From: Octopus vulgaris
Taxonomy: Eukaryota
Direction of reading: 5' to 3'
Length of the DNA stretch: 64,000 nucleotides
Assembly: GCA_951406725.2 (NCBI GenBank)
Contig: OX597817.1
Coordinates: forward strand, 156,426,001 to 156,490,000
A program made the translations under genes and the position numbers. Every line of letters begins with the position of its first letter. The stretch's first letter is position 1. Positions 40,430-53,280 of the stretch are shown piece after piece. The notes under the pieces are model-generated. The model searched no databases, had not been told where the DNA came from, and saw nothing but the letters and a program-made list of their open reading frames with translations.

Positions 40430-41080
40430 GGTGGTGGGGAAGTGGAGTGGTATGCAGTGTGTATTGGTGGGGGTTTTGCTGATGGTGGTATATAGGGTTG
40501 GATTGTAGTGGTGATGGTGGTAGTAATAATGATGGTATGCAGTTATGGTGATGATGGTATGTAGTGTTTATGGGGTGTTATGTAGTGTGGGTGATGGTGA
40601 TGATGCTATGTAGTGTGGGTGTTAGTGGTAGTGGTGATGGTATGTAGTGTGGATGCTAGTGATGGTGTTGGTATATAGCGATGGTGATGGTGGTATGTAG
40701 TCTGGGTGTTGGTGATAGTGGTGACGGCAGTATGTTGTGTTGGTGGTGGTGGTATGTAGTGTTAGTGGTAGTGATAGTGGTAGAATGTAGTATAGGTGGC
40801 AGTAGTGATGGTGGTTCGTAGTATGGGTATTGGTGGTATTAGTGATGGTAGGTAGTGTTGGTGGTGATGATGGTGGAATGTGTGGGTGGTAGTGGTGATG
40901 GTGGTATGTAGTGTTGGTGATGGTATATAGAGATGATGATGGTAGCATGTAGTGTTTGTAGTGGTGATGTTGATTGTATGTTGTCTCTGGTGGTGTTGGT
41001 GCTGGCATGAAGTGATGATGGTCGTTTGTAGTGTTGGTATTGACAGTGGTAGGGGTGTGTGGTAGTAGTATATTTAGCAA
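40430..41080. repeat. Degenerate G/T-rich repeat (GATGGTATGTAGTGT-like)
   Basis: Repeated GGTATGTAGTGT / GGTGATGGT units. Confidence 0.8.
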
Positions 41081-41167
41081 TGTATCTAGTTAGTGCTGTG
41101 CTGTAGCGATAGTTGTCATGTTCTTGAACAAATAGAACTTTGAAGTAGAATTAGGTAACACATCTTT

Positions 41168-41505
41168 CCTCTTTTACTTGTTTCAGTCATTAGACTGTGG
41201 CCATGCTGGGGCAGCACCTTGGAAACTTTTAGTCAAATGACTCAACCCCCAATACTTTATTTTGTAAAGCCTGGTACTTATTCTATCAATTTCTTTTGTT
41301 GAACTGCTAAGTTACAGGGGCATAAACACACACATACACATGCATATATGATAGTCTTCTTTCACTTTTCATCTGCCCAATCCACTCACAAGGCTTTGGT
41401 CAGCCCAACGCTAGAGTGGAAGACCTTGCCCAGAGTGCCATGCAGTGGGACTGAACCCAGAACCATGTGGTTGGGAAGCAAACTTCTTACCACACAGTCA
41501 TACCT
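41168..41505 (-). mobile_element. SINE family A, diverged with internal deletion
   Basis: Reverse-complement match to the A tail and head. Confidence 0.8.
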
Positions 41506-42237
41506 GAATGATTTAATTGGCATTTCAAGACAGGACTAATCCATCAGGCCAGGACATCCCAAGAGTTTGAGCTTTGTTGTTATGTTTCCATTTAAACACA
41601 CAGTTTTTGTTTCAATTAATTTCGTCAATAATAAAGAATTTTTTAAAATAACATTGTCATTATTTTAGCTGGTGTTTGAACATAAATTAATATGATCAAG
41701 TTAAAACTGGGAGTTTGTATCATAGAATTTAAGAGTGGTTTCAAATGGATTGGTAACAAATGAGTGCAAAAATTCTCTATTTAAAAAAAAAAAAAAGGAA
41801 AAAAAACATTTAACTGAGGGAAATATAGCCACAAATATTAGGTTAAATGAGTGACAGAGAAGCTTCCATTTTGATTTGTACATATTTTGTTGGTGATATG
41901 GGGCAGCCATGTTTAAGATGTCATTCCTTACTGAGCAAACCCCTGATTAAAAAATTCCCAGCTGTGACTTTGTATATTGATGGTTATGCTGTAAAGTATC
42001 CTTCTTTTGTTAAAACAGTAGGGTATCATTTGAGAGAGATTTGGCTGCTGTTTCTAGCAAGTCAGGTGATATAGGAGAGAGTCCTCTTTGTTGGTTTGTA
42101 TTTGGTGAGATATGCAATATAAAATTTACAAGCAACATACTAATTGCTAGTATCCCAAATGACATACAATAATCCTTACTTAGGATTAATTTGACACATT
42201 ATAATTATATATAGATATATATCTGTGTGAAGCAGAT

Positions 42238-42307
<70 letters not shown>

Positions 42308-42964
42308 ATGTGCACGTGCACTCATGATTTAACAGATTTCAGATTTAACAAACCAGATATGAATAATGATTTCTGAACTAAACACTTAGCAACCATTTTG
42401 AGGGAAAGGGAGAGTGGTCGATACCATTGGCTTCTATACTTGTCTGGTACTTTATCAACCCTGAAGACCAGTCTATTTAATTTCATTTTCTTGCAAGTAT
42501 CTGAAAACTTCCTCCCTTCGTCTAACAATTCATTAACTTCATTCAGGGCTGTTTGGTAAAAGCATTTAGTAGTTGTTGTTTTTTGTTAGAATATAAAGAA
42601 TACTTTGAGGTGAGGGTTATTGCGTTTGTGAATTAAATGTCTCTGTGTGAGGCATATATCCACTTGTCATAAACCAAGGGCTAGTGACTGACCAAATTTT
42701 TTGAATATTTACCTAACATCGCTTTGTGTCTTAGAGAGAAGGCAGGGAAAACTTTCTTCATTTTCAATTACTTTACCAGACTAATTAATCATATTGCCTA
42801 TCATGTTATCAATGTAATTAGTGGTTCACATTTGCAACTACATGTTGCCAACAAAAGCTTTGTATCTATCTCTCCATACAAAGAACAGACTGTATGTTGT
42901 GCATGGAAGGAGTGATGCTGCCACATGGTAATGAGATATGGATAATGATTGTGGAAGTTCTGCA

Positions 42965-43300
42965 GGTTCGGTCTTACTGCATATCACCATGGGCAAGTGT
43001 CTTCTACTATAACCCCAGGCTAACCAAAACCTTGTGAGTGGATTTGGTTGACGGAAACTGACAGAAGCCTGTTCTGTGTGTGTATGTTTGTGCCTCCTTA
43101 TCATGGTATCACATGATAGTTGTATACGAGTGTCACTCGTTTTCATACAAGCAGTGTCATTTGTTTCAAATCTTTCTTCTAAACATATCCAGCCATGTAG
43201 TAAATATTATCTTGCTTGGAAATGAGGGAGAACTGGCTACAGGAAGGGCATAGGCTACAGAAAATCTGCCTCAATGAATTCTGTATAATGGGCTCGAAAT
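42965..43300 (+). mobile_element. SINE A2 variant
   Basis: A head, A2 body, then AGGAAGGGCATAGGCTACAGAAAATCTGCC. Confidence 0.6.
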
Positions 43301-45317
43301 GAATGATATGGAACCTGGAGAGAAAGAAGTTGCTGGATATGATAAGTTGCATGAGAGGTGGAACATAAGTGGGATAAGAGAGTAGCTGAGCATTAATTGT
43401 CAATGTTTTCAGTCTAGGAGAGCCTGCAAAGGACTCCCAGAGATTTAGGATTACCTGGCCTACCAATGGCAAGTGTCCTATCCAAGTTGTATTCTTTGAC
43501 CTATGGGTGCATACCAAGAGTAATCAATCAGGCCCTACTCACCACTCTCCCTCACCTTTTAACAAATTTACTGGAGAGCAACACTCCACTGTCCACCCCA
43601 TCTTTATTTCTATTTCTAAGTGGAACTTGAAAAAGTTAAGGACTTGATCCAGGAGAAAAGTATTTGTATTCCTTTTTTTTTTAGTTATATCCACCATACA
43701 ACCTCTTCCTCCATAGCCACCAGACACAGGTATAACTGCCTGCCCAGTGAAAGAAAGGTGGTAGAGTGATTTTCATGATGGAATTGGCCAATAGTCAGGG
43801 CCATACTACAAAAAAAGAAGAAAAAAGAACAGCTGTTCAACAATACTCTGCAATACTCAGACACTGAAATAAGGCCTGTAGAAAAGTTTCATTGCTCTGC
43901 ATGTATCTCAAACTGCCTTAGCTGACTATCCTTCGATATTGGTAGAGTTTATCTCAAACCAACAATGGCCCCAGTACCAATGTCAGGCCAGGAATTTCTG
44001 AGAGATATTCATAGTTACTGGCTGAAAGAGAAGTTGAATGCCAGTGTTTCTCGGTGTTTCCCAGAGAATGTCACCACCCTTCCCAACAACCAGTTCCCTG
44101 TAGAAAGCCTACATGGAAGTTTCAACAACAACATTTATCTGGCTTGTCGGGACACAGGTAATTTGGAGACTACATATAGATGTCAAACACCCAGATTTTT
44201 ACTGCATCATTTTAGCTGTACTTTATTAATGAACAGAGGCCAAATGAATAATAAGATTACTGATCTGAAGGTTGTGGATTCATGTCACATAGAAAACAGT
44301 TTGTTCTGTCTCTGGATGACAAAAAACCGAACATCCAATTGTCCAAATTTACCATATCTGTAGCCTTCCTGGGATAAGTTACATGGTGTAAATTGGTGCC
44401 CTTAACCTAAGACCTATTGCCCCAAGGCTACAGACAACTAAGATAAGCGCTTACCTATGTGAATGAATACCTGATCTTTGTGAAAGGATTAACTTAATAA
44501 CTTTTAGTGAATAGGATTTACCAACCACAAAAATTAAAGCTGTTACTGTGTCTTCTCTAATGATGGGTATAACATCATGTATTAACCTTTACCGACATTT
44601 TTTTTAGAATTTTATCAAATTTTTTTTTTCTTTTTTTCACATTTCATGCATAATTCTTTTCTTCCACAAAATTTTATATAAAATTGTTATAAAATTATTA
44701 ATTCTCTTAAATCCTATTATGTTTTAACTATCCTATCAATCACCAAAATTGCATTTTTTTTTTTCCTATTGTACCTGTTCAATATTTGGGTGTTTGAAAT
44801 TCAGGTTTGATATTCAGGTTTCCATGATAACTAGGTGCAGTAGGTTTTGTTGAATTTACACATTGTTTATCATTTTAGCAGTCATTATCTTTTCCTCTCC
44901 CAAAACCATTCAACTGTGAAGTAGGAAGTGGAACTGGTTTTTAACTTACCAGTTTGAGGCATAGCGCAAGGACTGACCAAATGATGAGTAATCCATATTC
45001 CCCATTTGTCCCTTGTATTGTCCCCTCTTTGTTTAACCCTTGTGGTTTCAATAAAATCACCATAGTACATTAACCACTCTACTTCATTGTTAATTATTTC
45101 TGACCCCTAAAGTACATCCTTTAGTGGAGACTTTTATTTGGTACCATAAAGGAACCTTGAAATTGTTGCTGGTTAGTTGGTACCATTTAAATTGAACAGA
45201 CTTAGTGATCAAAGATATTCTGGTTGTGACCATTTTATCTTTTATTTCAAGCATAATGTAATCTAAAACTATGTTGACTAATAGGTCCTTGCTTTTTAAA
45301 ATAGTAAGAAAGTTGGA

Positions 45318-45700
45318 TGAGTGGCTGTGTGGTAAGTAGCTTGCTAACCAACCACATGGTTCCAGGTTCAGTCCCACTGTGTGGCATCTTGGGCAAGTGT
45401 CTTCTGCTATAGCCCCGGGCTGACCAATGCCTTGTGAGTGGATTTGGTAGACGGAAACTGAAAGAAGCCTGTCGTATATATGTATGTGTTTGTGTGTCTG
45501 TGTTTGTCCCTCTAGCATTACTTGACAACCAATGCTGGTGTGTTTACGTCCCCGTCACTTAGCGGTTCGGCAAAAGAGACCGATAGAATAAGTACTGGGC
45601 TTACAAAGAATAAGTCCCGGGGTCGATTTGCTCAGCTAAAGGCGGTGCTCCAGCATGGCCGCAGTCAAATGACTGAAACAAGTAAGAGTAAAAGAGAGAG
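45318..45700 (+). mobile_element. SINE family A
   Basis: Nearly full length, high identity to the 47469 copy. Confidence 0.9.
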
Positions 45701-45964
45701 AGTTATTTCTTGTGTGTTGTGTGTCTATGTAGAAGCTCCCCTATTGGCTTATGAACCAGCTTTGTTCCTACTGTATGTAGTTCAGATCCTGTTGTGGTTG
45801 ACTTAGTACTTTCTCTCTTCAAAGGTTTATGAAATAATTAACAGAAAGTGTGATATGATTCAGATGTGGGGTTTTTAAAACTGGCTCAAATTTGATGGCT
45901 CGTTACCTTAATGACGTGTAATTTCATTAAAAGTTTTTGTATAGCAGATTTGTATTGGGTTTAA

Positions 45965-46183
45965 CCCTTTAGTATTTAAACCGGCCATATCCGGCCAAAA
46001 TAGCTAATCTGTTTTATGTTCAAACTGACCAGATCCAGGCCCTCACACCTACCCTACAATGTTATTCTACATTAAGTAATTACACCATCAAGATCTTGAA
46101 GATATGAGATAATGCATGATTAATTCAAATCAATGGGAATCGATAAGCATTATGTTTGATAGAATAATCTGAACACTAAAGGG
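45965..46183 (+). mobile_element. piggyBac-like MITE family F
   Basis: TTAA|CCCTTTAGT...ACTAAAGGG|TTAA. Confidence 0.85.
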
Positions 46184-47468
46184 TTAAAGGAAGAGGAAGG
46201 AAGGTAGTGTCAAAAGTAAATTATGTTTCTTCTCTGTAGACTGGCACCGGTAAGGACACCAATTGTATATACCAGTTCTTCCTCTAAATCTAAAAATTAA
46301 GCAAGTAAACCTTGGAAGTATTGTGACTTGGGTAAAACAAATTTAGAAGAATTATGCCCTTATCTGTGACTATGGTAATTGTTTCTGCAAAAATTTTTAT
46401 GATATCTATAACGTTGTTGAAAGATATCTGCTTTATATATCTTTGGTTCACAGAACATTTCACAGAATCTTTGTTGTTACCTAACATCAAAAATTCACTC
46501 ATTCCTGGAAAATCTAACAAAATGTAGAGAAGGAAAATAGAAGTTGTGATTGTCTATATGTCTTAAAAAATATATAGTTAAAAAAATTTGTAAAAAAAAA
46601 AATCAAGTAAGTTTATTTTGTTGTGTGAAGAATTGAGGTGTGGCAAGGCTTGTCTTCAAAGTAAATGAAGAGTATCTTAGACAAGGCTTGCAGAATATGG
46701 TAATTTTTTTTTTTTTAAAGGGTGGGGATTAATCTGGGAAAAGAAAATTAGTTGATGGTCTATAACCACAAAAATAATTTGGTTAATAAAATTTCTAAGA
46801 AAAAATAAGTGTGGGTCTTGTAAGGTGAGGTGAATGAGTTCTACCATTTTAGGCAGGGTCTTCCTCCTAAGAAATTTTTTAAAAGTATTATTTTTACTCT
46901 TGGCACAGCTTCTACTAGCATCAACACATTTTGCTTTTTTCTTATTTCTATACATTTCTGTCTTCTCACAACTCCCTCTTCTCTCTGTACTTTTTTTTTT
47001 TTTAGGACTTTTCGTGTTTGTTTTACACCCTTACATTTTTGCTGTTGTACAGATTCCTTTACAACTGCAAAAATGTCTGTTTAGTTTTCTATCCCTTATA
47101 CATCCATGTCTTGGCACACACACCCTCCTACAAACAAACAGTGTTGATACCTGTCACTGTTCCATTTTCTCTAACACTATCCTTCCATTTCCTCTAATAT
47201 TATGCCTTCTGCTGTGTGTGTGAGAGAGAGAGAGAGGTGCTGAAGGCTAATTTATGGATACAGAATTAGAAGACAAGGGGCTGCAGCAAATTGTGAGATG
47301 CTGCACTGAAGAAGACATTTCAAACCCAGTCATGCATGAAAAAACAACCATAAAATCATGATGATATATGAGAGTGAGAGAGGGAGATTTTTATCCTTTC
47401 ACCTCATTTCTTCTTTCCGCCCTCTCTCTCTTCTTTCACTACATTGTTTTAGTTGTGACATGTTACAA

Positions 47469-47639
47469 GGCGCAGGAGTGGCTGTGTGGTAAGTAGCTTG
47501 CTAACCAACCACATGGTTCCGGGTTCAGTCCCACTGCGTGGCATCTTGGGCAAGTGTCTTCTGCTATAGCCCCGGGCCGACCAATGCCTTGTGAGTGGAT
47601 TTGGTAGACGGAAACTGAAAGAAGCCTGTCGTATATATG

Positions 47640-47670
<31 letters not shown>

Positions 47671-47880
47671 ATATGTTTGTGTGTCTGTGTTTGTCCCCCT
47701 AGCATTGCTTGACAACCGATGCTGGTGTGTTTACGTCCCCGTCACTTAGCGGTTTGGCAAAAGAGACCGATAGAATAAGTACTGGGCTTACAAAGAATAA
47801 GTCCCAGGATCGATTTGCTCGACTAAAGGTGGTGCTCCAGCATGGCCGCAGTCAAAATGACTGAAACAAGTAAAAGAGTA
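47469..47880 (+). mobile_element. SINE family A
   Basis: Full-length copy. Confidence 0.9.
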
Positions 47881-48080
47881 AGCCACATTACCTGGTCTTC
47901 TTTCTCCCCACCCTACCATTCTTCCACTATTCTTCACTATTTCCCTAACACATTTCTAACCATTTTGCTTCTACAAAAGGCTCTACCTGAAACATTCACC
48001 TCATCTCATGGTACACAGACTTCTGCAGTGAGGATTAACAGACAAAGAAGCTGAAATAAAAAAAAAATTTTTTTAAGCTA

Positions 48081-48552
48081 TTAGTTAGTTAGTTATTTTT
48101 TTGGCTCAAAAAGCAAGGCCATGTAGGGGGACATGGAGTTATGTACAGGGTAGTGTTCATGTAAAGAGTTCAGGCCACTTGAGGTCAAGGGAGACTTTGA
48201 ACCGAGCGGTCGTCGGCATCCTCACCATCTCTTCTGGCAGCTTATTCCACGGATCCGCAACCCGGACGGAGAATGCCCCTCTCCTTTGATTGAGATGAAA
48301 TCGTCGCAGATAGAGCTTTTCGGAGTGACTCCGCAGCCGACGCTCTGGAGCAGGAGTGAAGAACAGCTCTTTCGAGAGGTTACACTTTCCGCTTATGATG
48401 TTGTGGGCGAGAATGAGATCACCACGGCGGCGGCGTTTTTCTGGAGAATAAAGGTCGAGCGTCTTCAGCCTTTCTTCATAAGACAAATTCTTGAGACCAA
48501 GAACCATGTGGGTAGCCAGCTTCTGGACTCTTTCGAGATGCTGTATGTCTTT
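48081..48552 (-). mobile_element. 5'-truncated CR1-clade LINE 3' end (ORF2 C-terminus + short 3' UTR)
   Basis: KDIQHLERVQKLAT...LSYEERLKTLDLYS.EKRRRRGDLI...FF...RSHSEKL...FSVRVADPWNKLP..V...FK is the typical CR1 ORF2 C-terminus; (CTAA)n tail; possible TSD AAGCTATT/AAACTATT. Confidence 0.9.
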
Positions 48553-48912
48553 GAAACTATTCAAGAGATATGATGCAATATTTCTGTGGATGATGTCTGA
48601 GAGGTGAAACAGCGCCATAAGAATAAGCTGGTAATAGAATATATCTGTGATATATTCTTCATGTGTACCTGAAGATGCAATACTTGGACACTTCATCAGT
48701 CTGGAGTTACTGTGTATTTTGGGTCTTACAGCATACACACACTGATGTTGACTGGGTCATCTGGATGAATCTATACATATGTTGTAAGTTCTGAAACACC
48801 CTGTGACCCCTTGGTACAATACTGATGTTGCATCTGAGTATTGAATATATAGATGTATGTAGGACCAAACATATACCACAGTTATATTCTATCACTAACT
48901 TCTGGTACTTTT

Positions 48913-49217
48913 TTGTTTGTTCCTTCTCGAGCCACGCCTGGCTGATAAGGGCCGGTTTCCCGGTTTCTTAGCGTATAGGTTCCCCACCTGGACGGGGTGC
49001 TGGTCCGTCGCAAGTGAGCTGCAAGATGCAGGAGGAAAGAGTGAGAGAAAGTTGTGGCGAAAGAGTCAGCAGAAGTTTGCCATTACCTTCTGCTGGAGCC
49101 GCGTAAAGCTTAGGTGTTTCGCTCATAAACACACACATCACCCGGCCTGAGATTCGAACCCACAATCCCTCAACCACGAGTCTGCTGCTCTAACCACTAG
49201 GCCATGTGCCTCCACAG
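48913..49217 (-). mobile_element. SINE with family E head/body and a different 3' tail (E2)
   Basis: tRNA-like head and AGAGTGAGAGAAAGTTGTGG body shared with E; 10-bp TSD TGGTACTTTT. Confidence 0.85.
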
Positions 49218-50549
49218 TGGTACTTTTACACCTCTCGCATTGACAAAATGTATCTATGGTATGCATGAACTACCTTATCTCAAGGCTTCCTTAAGGAAGC
49301 TGTGAGAAAAAGTAGTGCAAGTATACCTGAGAAATTTGGTCTGCACAAAAGACTAGATGCAGAATTAGGGCACATGGTAAGAGGCTGTGTACTGCAGAAC
49401 TACCCAATCCATGCCAGCTTGAGAAAGTAAACATAATAATAATAATAATAATAATGAGGAGGAGGAGAAGTGGGGGATACCTGATGAAATGTGAGATACA
49501 CCTTAAAGTCTTAACTGAAAGGAATGACACAACAAACATTGTCAGTAGAGTTATGTCAATAGTTGCATTGTCGCTGTTTGCCAAGATTGAGATTCCTTTC
49601 ACCAGCAGATGTCTATTTTTAATAAACTGAAACTAGATACTGAAGATATATCATCTCGGGAGTCTTATTAGCCGCCACAAACAACGTAAGATTAGCCATC
49701 CTGTCTTCATAGAATGTTGTTCTCTCCACACAGTTTGCTGACGTTGAATGCGAGTGCCATGCCATGCTTTTGGCAAATTGTTTGCAGTCGTTCATGCTTT
49801 GATACAAACAGAGGTTGTTGTTTTTAGCAGACAACGTGTACGAAGGCATAAAGGAGGATCTTGTTATTTATTAATGCCACTCCTTTCTTCCAGCTTTGTA
49901 TCTAGAACATTTTATAATTGTTATTGCTTACCTCTTGTATAAACTTTCTCTCGGTTATTTTGCTATCAGAATAAATAATTTATTCTCTCATTAGCAATCT
50001 CCTTTATATAGATTCTTGTTTTATTTATATCGTTTATTCATTAGTTTAGTTTATAACTTGAAGAAACAGCTCTACAATGAAGAAACAAAAAAGAAAGAAA
50101 CGAGAGACTTGTTACTTTCTAAAGATTCCATAATTAGTGTCTATTTTCTAAAAACTTAATTGAATTCTCTGTCTCCTCCTTTCTCGCCCTCTTTTTCTCT
50201 TACCCCTTCTCTCACCACCTTGCGACAGGAAATTTTGAAGCCTAATGATTAAATTTGTTACAGCATAGCTTTTCTCTATTACACTCTACTAATTATGTAA
50301 CTGCAGAGTGTAACTTAAGGGTCTGTGCCATACAATTGCCGTTCTGTATCTGTAGGATATATTACAAATGTATAAAGCAATTGAGATCTATGTAACAGCA
50401 GTGTCTTGACAGTCCTGTTACATTAACATTCATGTCAGTGTTACACTTTTGCAATGTAACAGTCCTATAGAGAACTACAGCTACCTCCTTAATGTTACTC
50501 CACTGTTGTGTAACTACGACCTGAGGATGCTGTTACATCTGTTACGTAA

Positions 50550-51131
50550 AGGCAGCGAGCTGGCAGAAACGTTAGCAAGCCGGGCGAAATGCTTAGCGGT
50601 ATTTCGTCTGCCGTTACGTTGTGAGTTCAAATTCCGCCGAGGTCGACTTTGCCCTTCATCCTTTCGGGGTCGATAAGTTAAGTACCAGTTGCGCACTGGG
50701 GTCGATGTAATTGACTTAATCCCTTTGTCTGTCCTTGTTTGTCCCCTATGTGTGTAGCCCCTTGTGGGTAGTAAAGAAATAGGTATTTCGTCTGCCGTTA
50801 CGTTCTGAGTTCAAATTCCTCCGAGGTCGACTTTGCCTTTCATCCTTTCAGGGTCGATAAATTAAGTACCAGTTGAGCACTGGGGTCGATGTAATCGATT
50901 TAATCCGTTTGTCTGTCCTTGTTTGTCCCCTCTGTTTAGCCCCTTGTGGGTAGTAAAGAAATAGGTATTTCGTCTGCCATTACGTTCTGAGTTCAAATTC
51001 CGCTGAGGTCGACTTTGCCTTTCATCCTTTCGGGGTCGATTAATGGGATCAATGTAATCGATTTAATCCCTTTGTCTGTCCTTGTTTGTCCCCTCTATGT
51101 TTAGCCCCTTGTGGGCAATAAAGAAATATAT
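50550..51131 (+). mobile_element. SINE family B, trimer
   Basis: One head and three core units starting GGTATTTCGTCTGCC at 50598, 50782 and 50964; 13-bp TSD ATCTGTTACGTAA. Confidence 0.9.
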
Positions 51132-51972
51132 ATCTGTTACGTAACTATACATTTATAAAGATATATAACTAACTACCCTTAGGTAATCACCACCCACTCT
51201 CACCACTACCAATGGTATGTGATGCTGTCTTTTAGCTGAATGCTTCAAGATGTCTGCAAAACTGATACATCACTTGGAACTATGTTAGGTTGGCTACTTG
51301 CCTCTAATAGGCTGCAGAGGCAGTGGTGGTGTTGGTATCGAGAAGGATAAGGTGTGTATTCTGATAGTGATACTAGGACTGTTGGTAGCAGATGTGGTGC
51401 TCTGTGTCATGGTGGTGATGGCAATGGTGATGCTGTTGTGTTGTATATAGTCTTGTGCTGTTAGTGGTGGTAATAGTGGTGGTAGTACTGCTGCTGTTTT
51501 GTATTAGTAGTGCATTAGAATAGTGGTTCTAGTGTGTTCAGTATGGCAGTTGTACTGATGGGTAATTGATAGCAATGTTATATAGTAGTATTGTGTAATG
51601 TGGCATATGCTGATGGTACTGTGCAATATGATCATAGGACTAGGTTACTGTTTGTTGCTAAGCTCCAGGTCATTCCTGGTCAAGCAGACTTTGAATCAAA
51701 AGGTCTCCGGCTTTGATCATCCTATCATGTTTCAGTCATAATGTATCTAACATTACATTATTCAACAAGTCCTTCTTGTCTTTTAAAGATAGTAGGATAT
51801 GATTTGAGAGAGATTTGGTTGTTATTTCTAGCTAATTAAAGTTCCTTCATTGGCTCAAAGTATTAGTGTTGATAGTGATGTTGTGTAGCCGTCTCTGGGA
51901 GTAGGATTGGTCAGGCTGCATTATTCGATGTGTCCTTCCTCTTTTTCTTTTTAATCTTTTCCTGTCCCATGT

Positions 51973-52636
51973 ATCATCATCATTGTCGTTTAACGTCCAC
52001 TTTCCATGCTGGCATGGGTTGGACGGTTTGACTGAGGACTGGTGAGCCAGAAGGCTGCCCCAGGCTCCAATCTGATCTGGCAAAGTTTCTACAGCTGGAT
52101 GCCCTTCCTAATGCCAACCACTCCGAGAGTGTAGTGGGTGCTTTTATGTGCCTCCAGCACGAGGGCCAGTCAGGCGGCTCTGGAAACGGCCACACTCAAA
52201 TTTTGTTTTTCGCGTGCCACTGGCACATGTGCCAGTAAGGTGATGCTGACAACGACCATGCTCAAATAGTGTTTTTTACATGCCTCTTGCACGGGAGCCA
52301 ATCCGTGGCCCTGGTACGAGTGCCAATCAGGCAGTACTGTCATCAGCCACATCAGTGATTCACAAGGAAAGTTCATTTTCCAATGAATGAGGGGTACTTA
52401 TAAGTGGGTTGGTTACACCCCACATTTGGATGTGCTTTTAACGTTCCACTGGCAAGAGTGCCAATCAGGTACTACTGTCATCGGCCACGTCAGCAATTTT
52501 GTTTTTTTATTTCACTTGCCTCCGCAAAGTTTATTGTCCAATGGATTAGGGGTATTCATAAATGAGTTGGTTATACCCACTGGCATAGGCCTCAGGCTAT
52601 GGTCTCACTTGGCTTGTCAGGTCTTCTCAAGCACAG
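51973..52636 (-). mobile_element. Family C, longest copy in the window
   Basis: (CAT)n tail at left, core, diverged tandem units, then further internally repeated 5' sequence to ~52636. The 5' boundary is uncertain. Confidence 0.7.
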
Positions 52637-52870
52637 TGATAAACAGAACACATTTCTCTGGCATCTATGCATATATATATGATACATATTCCTTTTTTTT
52701 TTTCAATCACCAGAATAAGTTTGGACTTACAAAGTAGTTTTATTATAACTCAGAACATATGAAACAAGGCCTAACTAAAAATCAAACATAGACATTTAGG
52801 ACAAACTTATGAAAATGCTTCAGACAGGCAAAGGGCTAAAGACAGTAGGGTACAATTTGATAGAGATATA

Positions 52871-53280
52871 ACTGGCTTCCGTGTCGGTGGCACGTAAAAA
52901 GCCCCATCCGAATCGTGGCCGAAGCCAGCGCCGCCTCGACTGGCTTCCGTGTCGGTGGCACGTAAAAAGCACCATCCGAATCATGGCCGAAGCCAGTGCC
53001 GCCTCGACTGGCTTCCGTGCCGGTGGCACGTAAAATGCACCAATCCGACCGTGGCCAATGCCAGCCTCGCCTGGCACCAGTGCAGATGGCACGTAAAAAG
53101 CACCCACTACACTCACGGAGTGGTTGGCATTAGGAAGGGCATCCAGCCGTAGAAACACTGCCAGATAAGACCGGAGCCTGGTGCAGCCTTCTGGCTTCCC
53201 AGATCCCCGGTCGAACCGTCCAACCCATGCTAGCATGGAGAACGGACGTTAAACGATGATGATGATGATGATGATGATGA
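52871..53280 (+). mobile_element. Family C with homogeneous 68-bp tandem units
   Basis: ACTGGCTTCCGTG unit starts at 52871, 52939 and 53007; (GAT)n tail. Confidence 0.9.

Noticed and set aside
43965-44363. 132-aa ORF in unique sequence
   Set aside because: No recognisable motif or splice signals; possibly decayed TE coding sequence, but I could not assign it.
48157-48738. 193-aa ORF as a host gene
   Set aside because: The C-terminal ~130 aa is CR1 ORF2; the N-terminal part is chance read-through of flanking DNA.
52871-53100. CRISPR-like repeat-spacer appearance of GGCACGTAAAAAGC units
   Set aside because: The intervening sequences are themselves near-identical, the array is part of a dispersed retroposon, and the context is eukaryotic with no cas genes.
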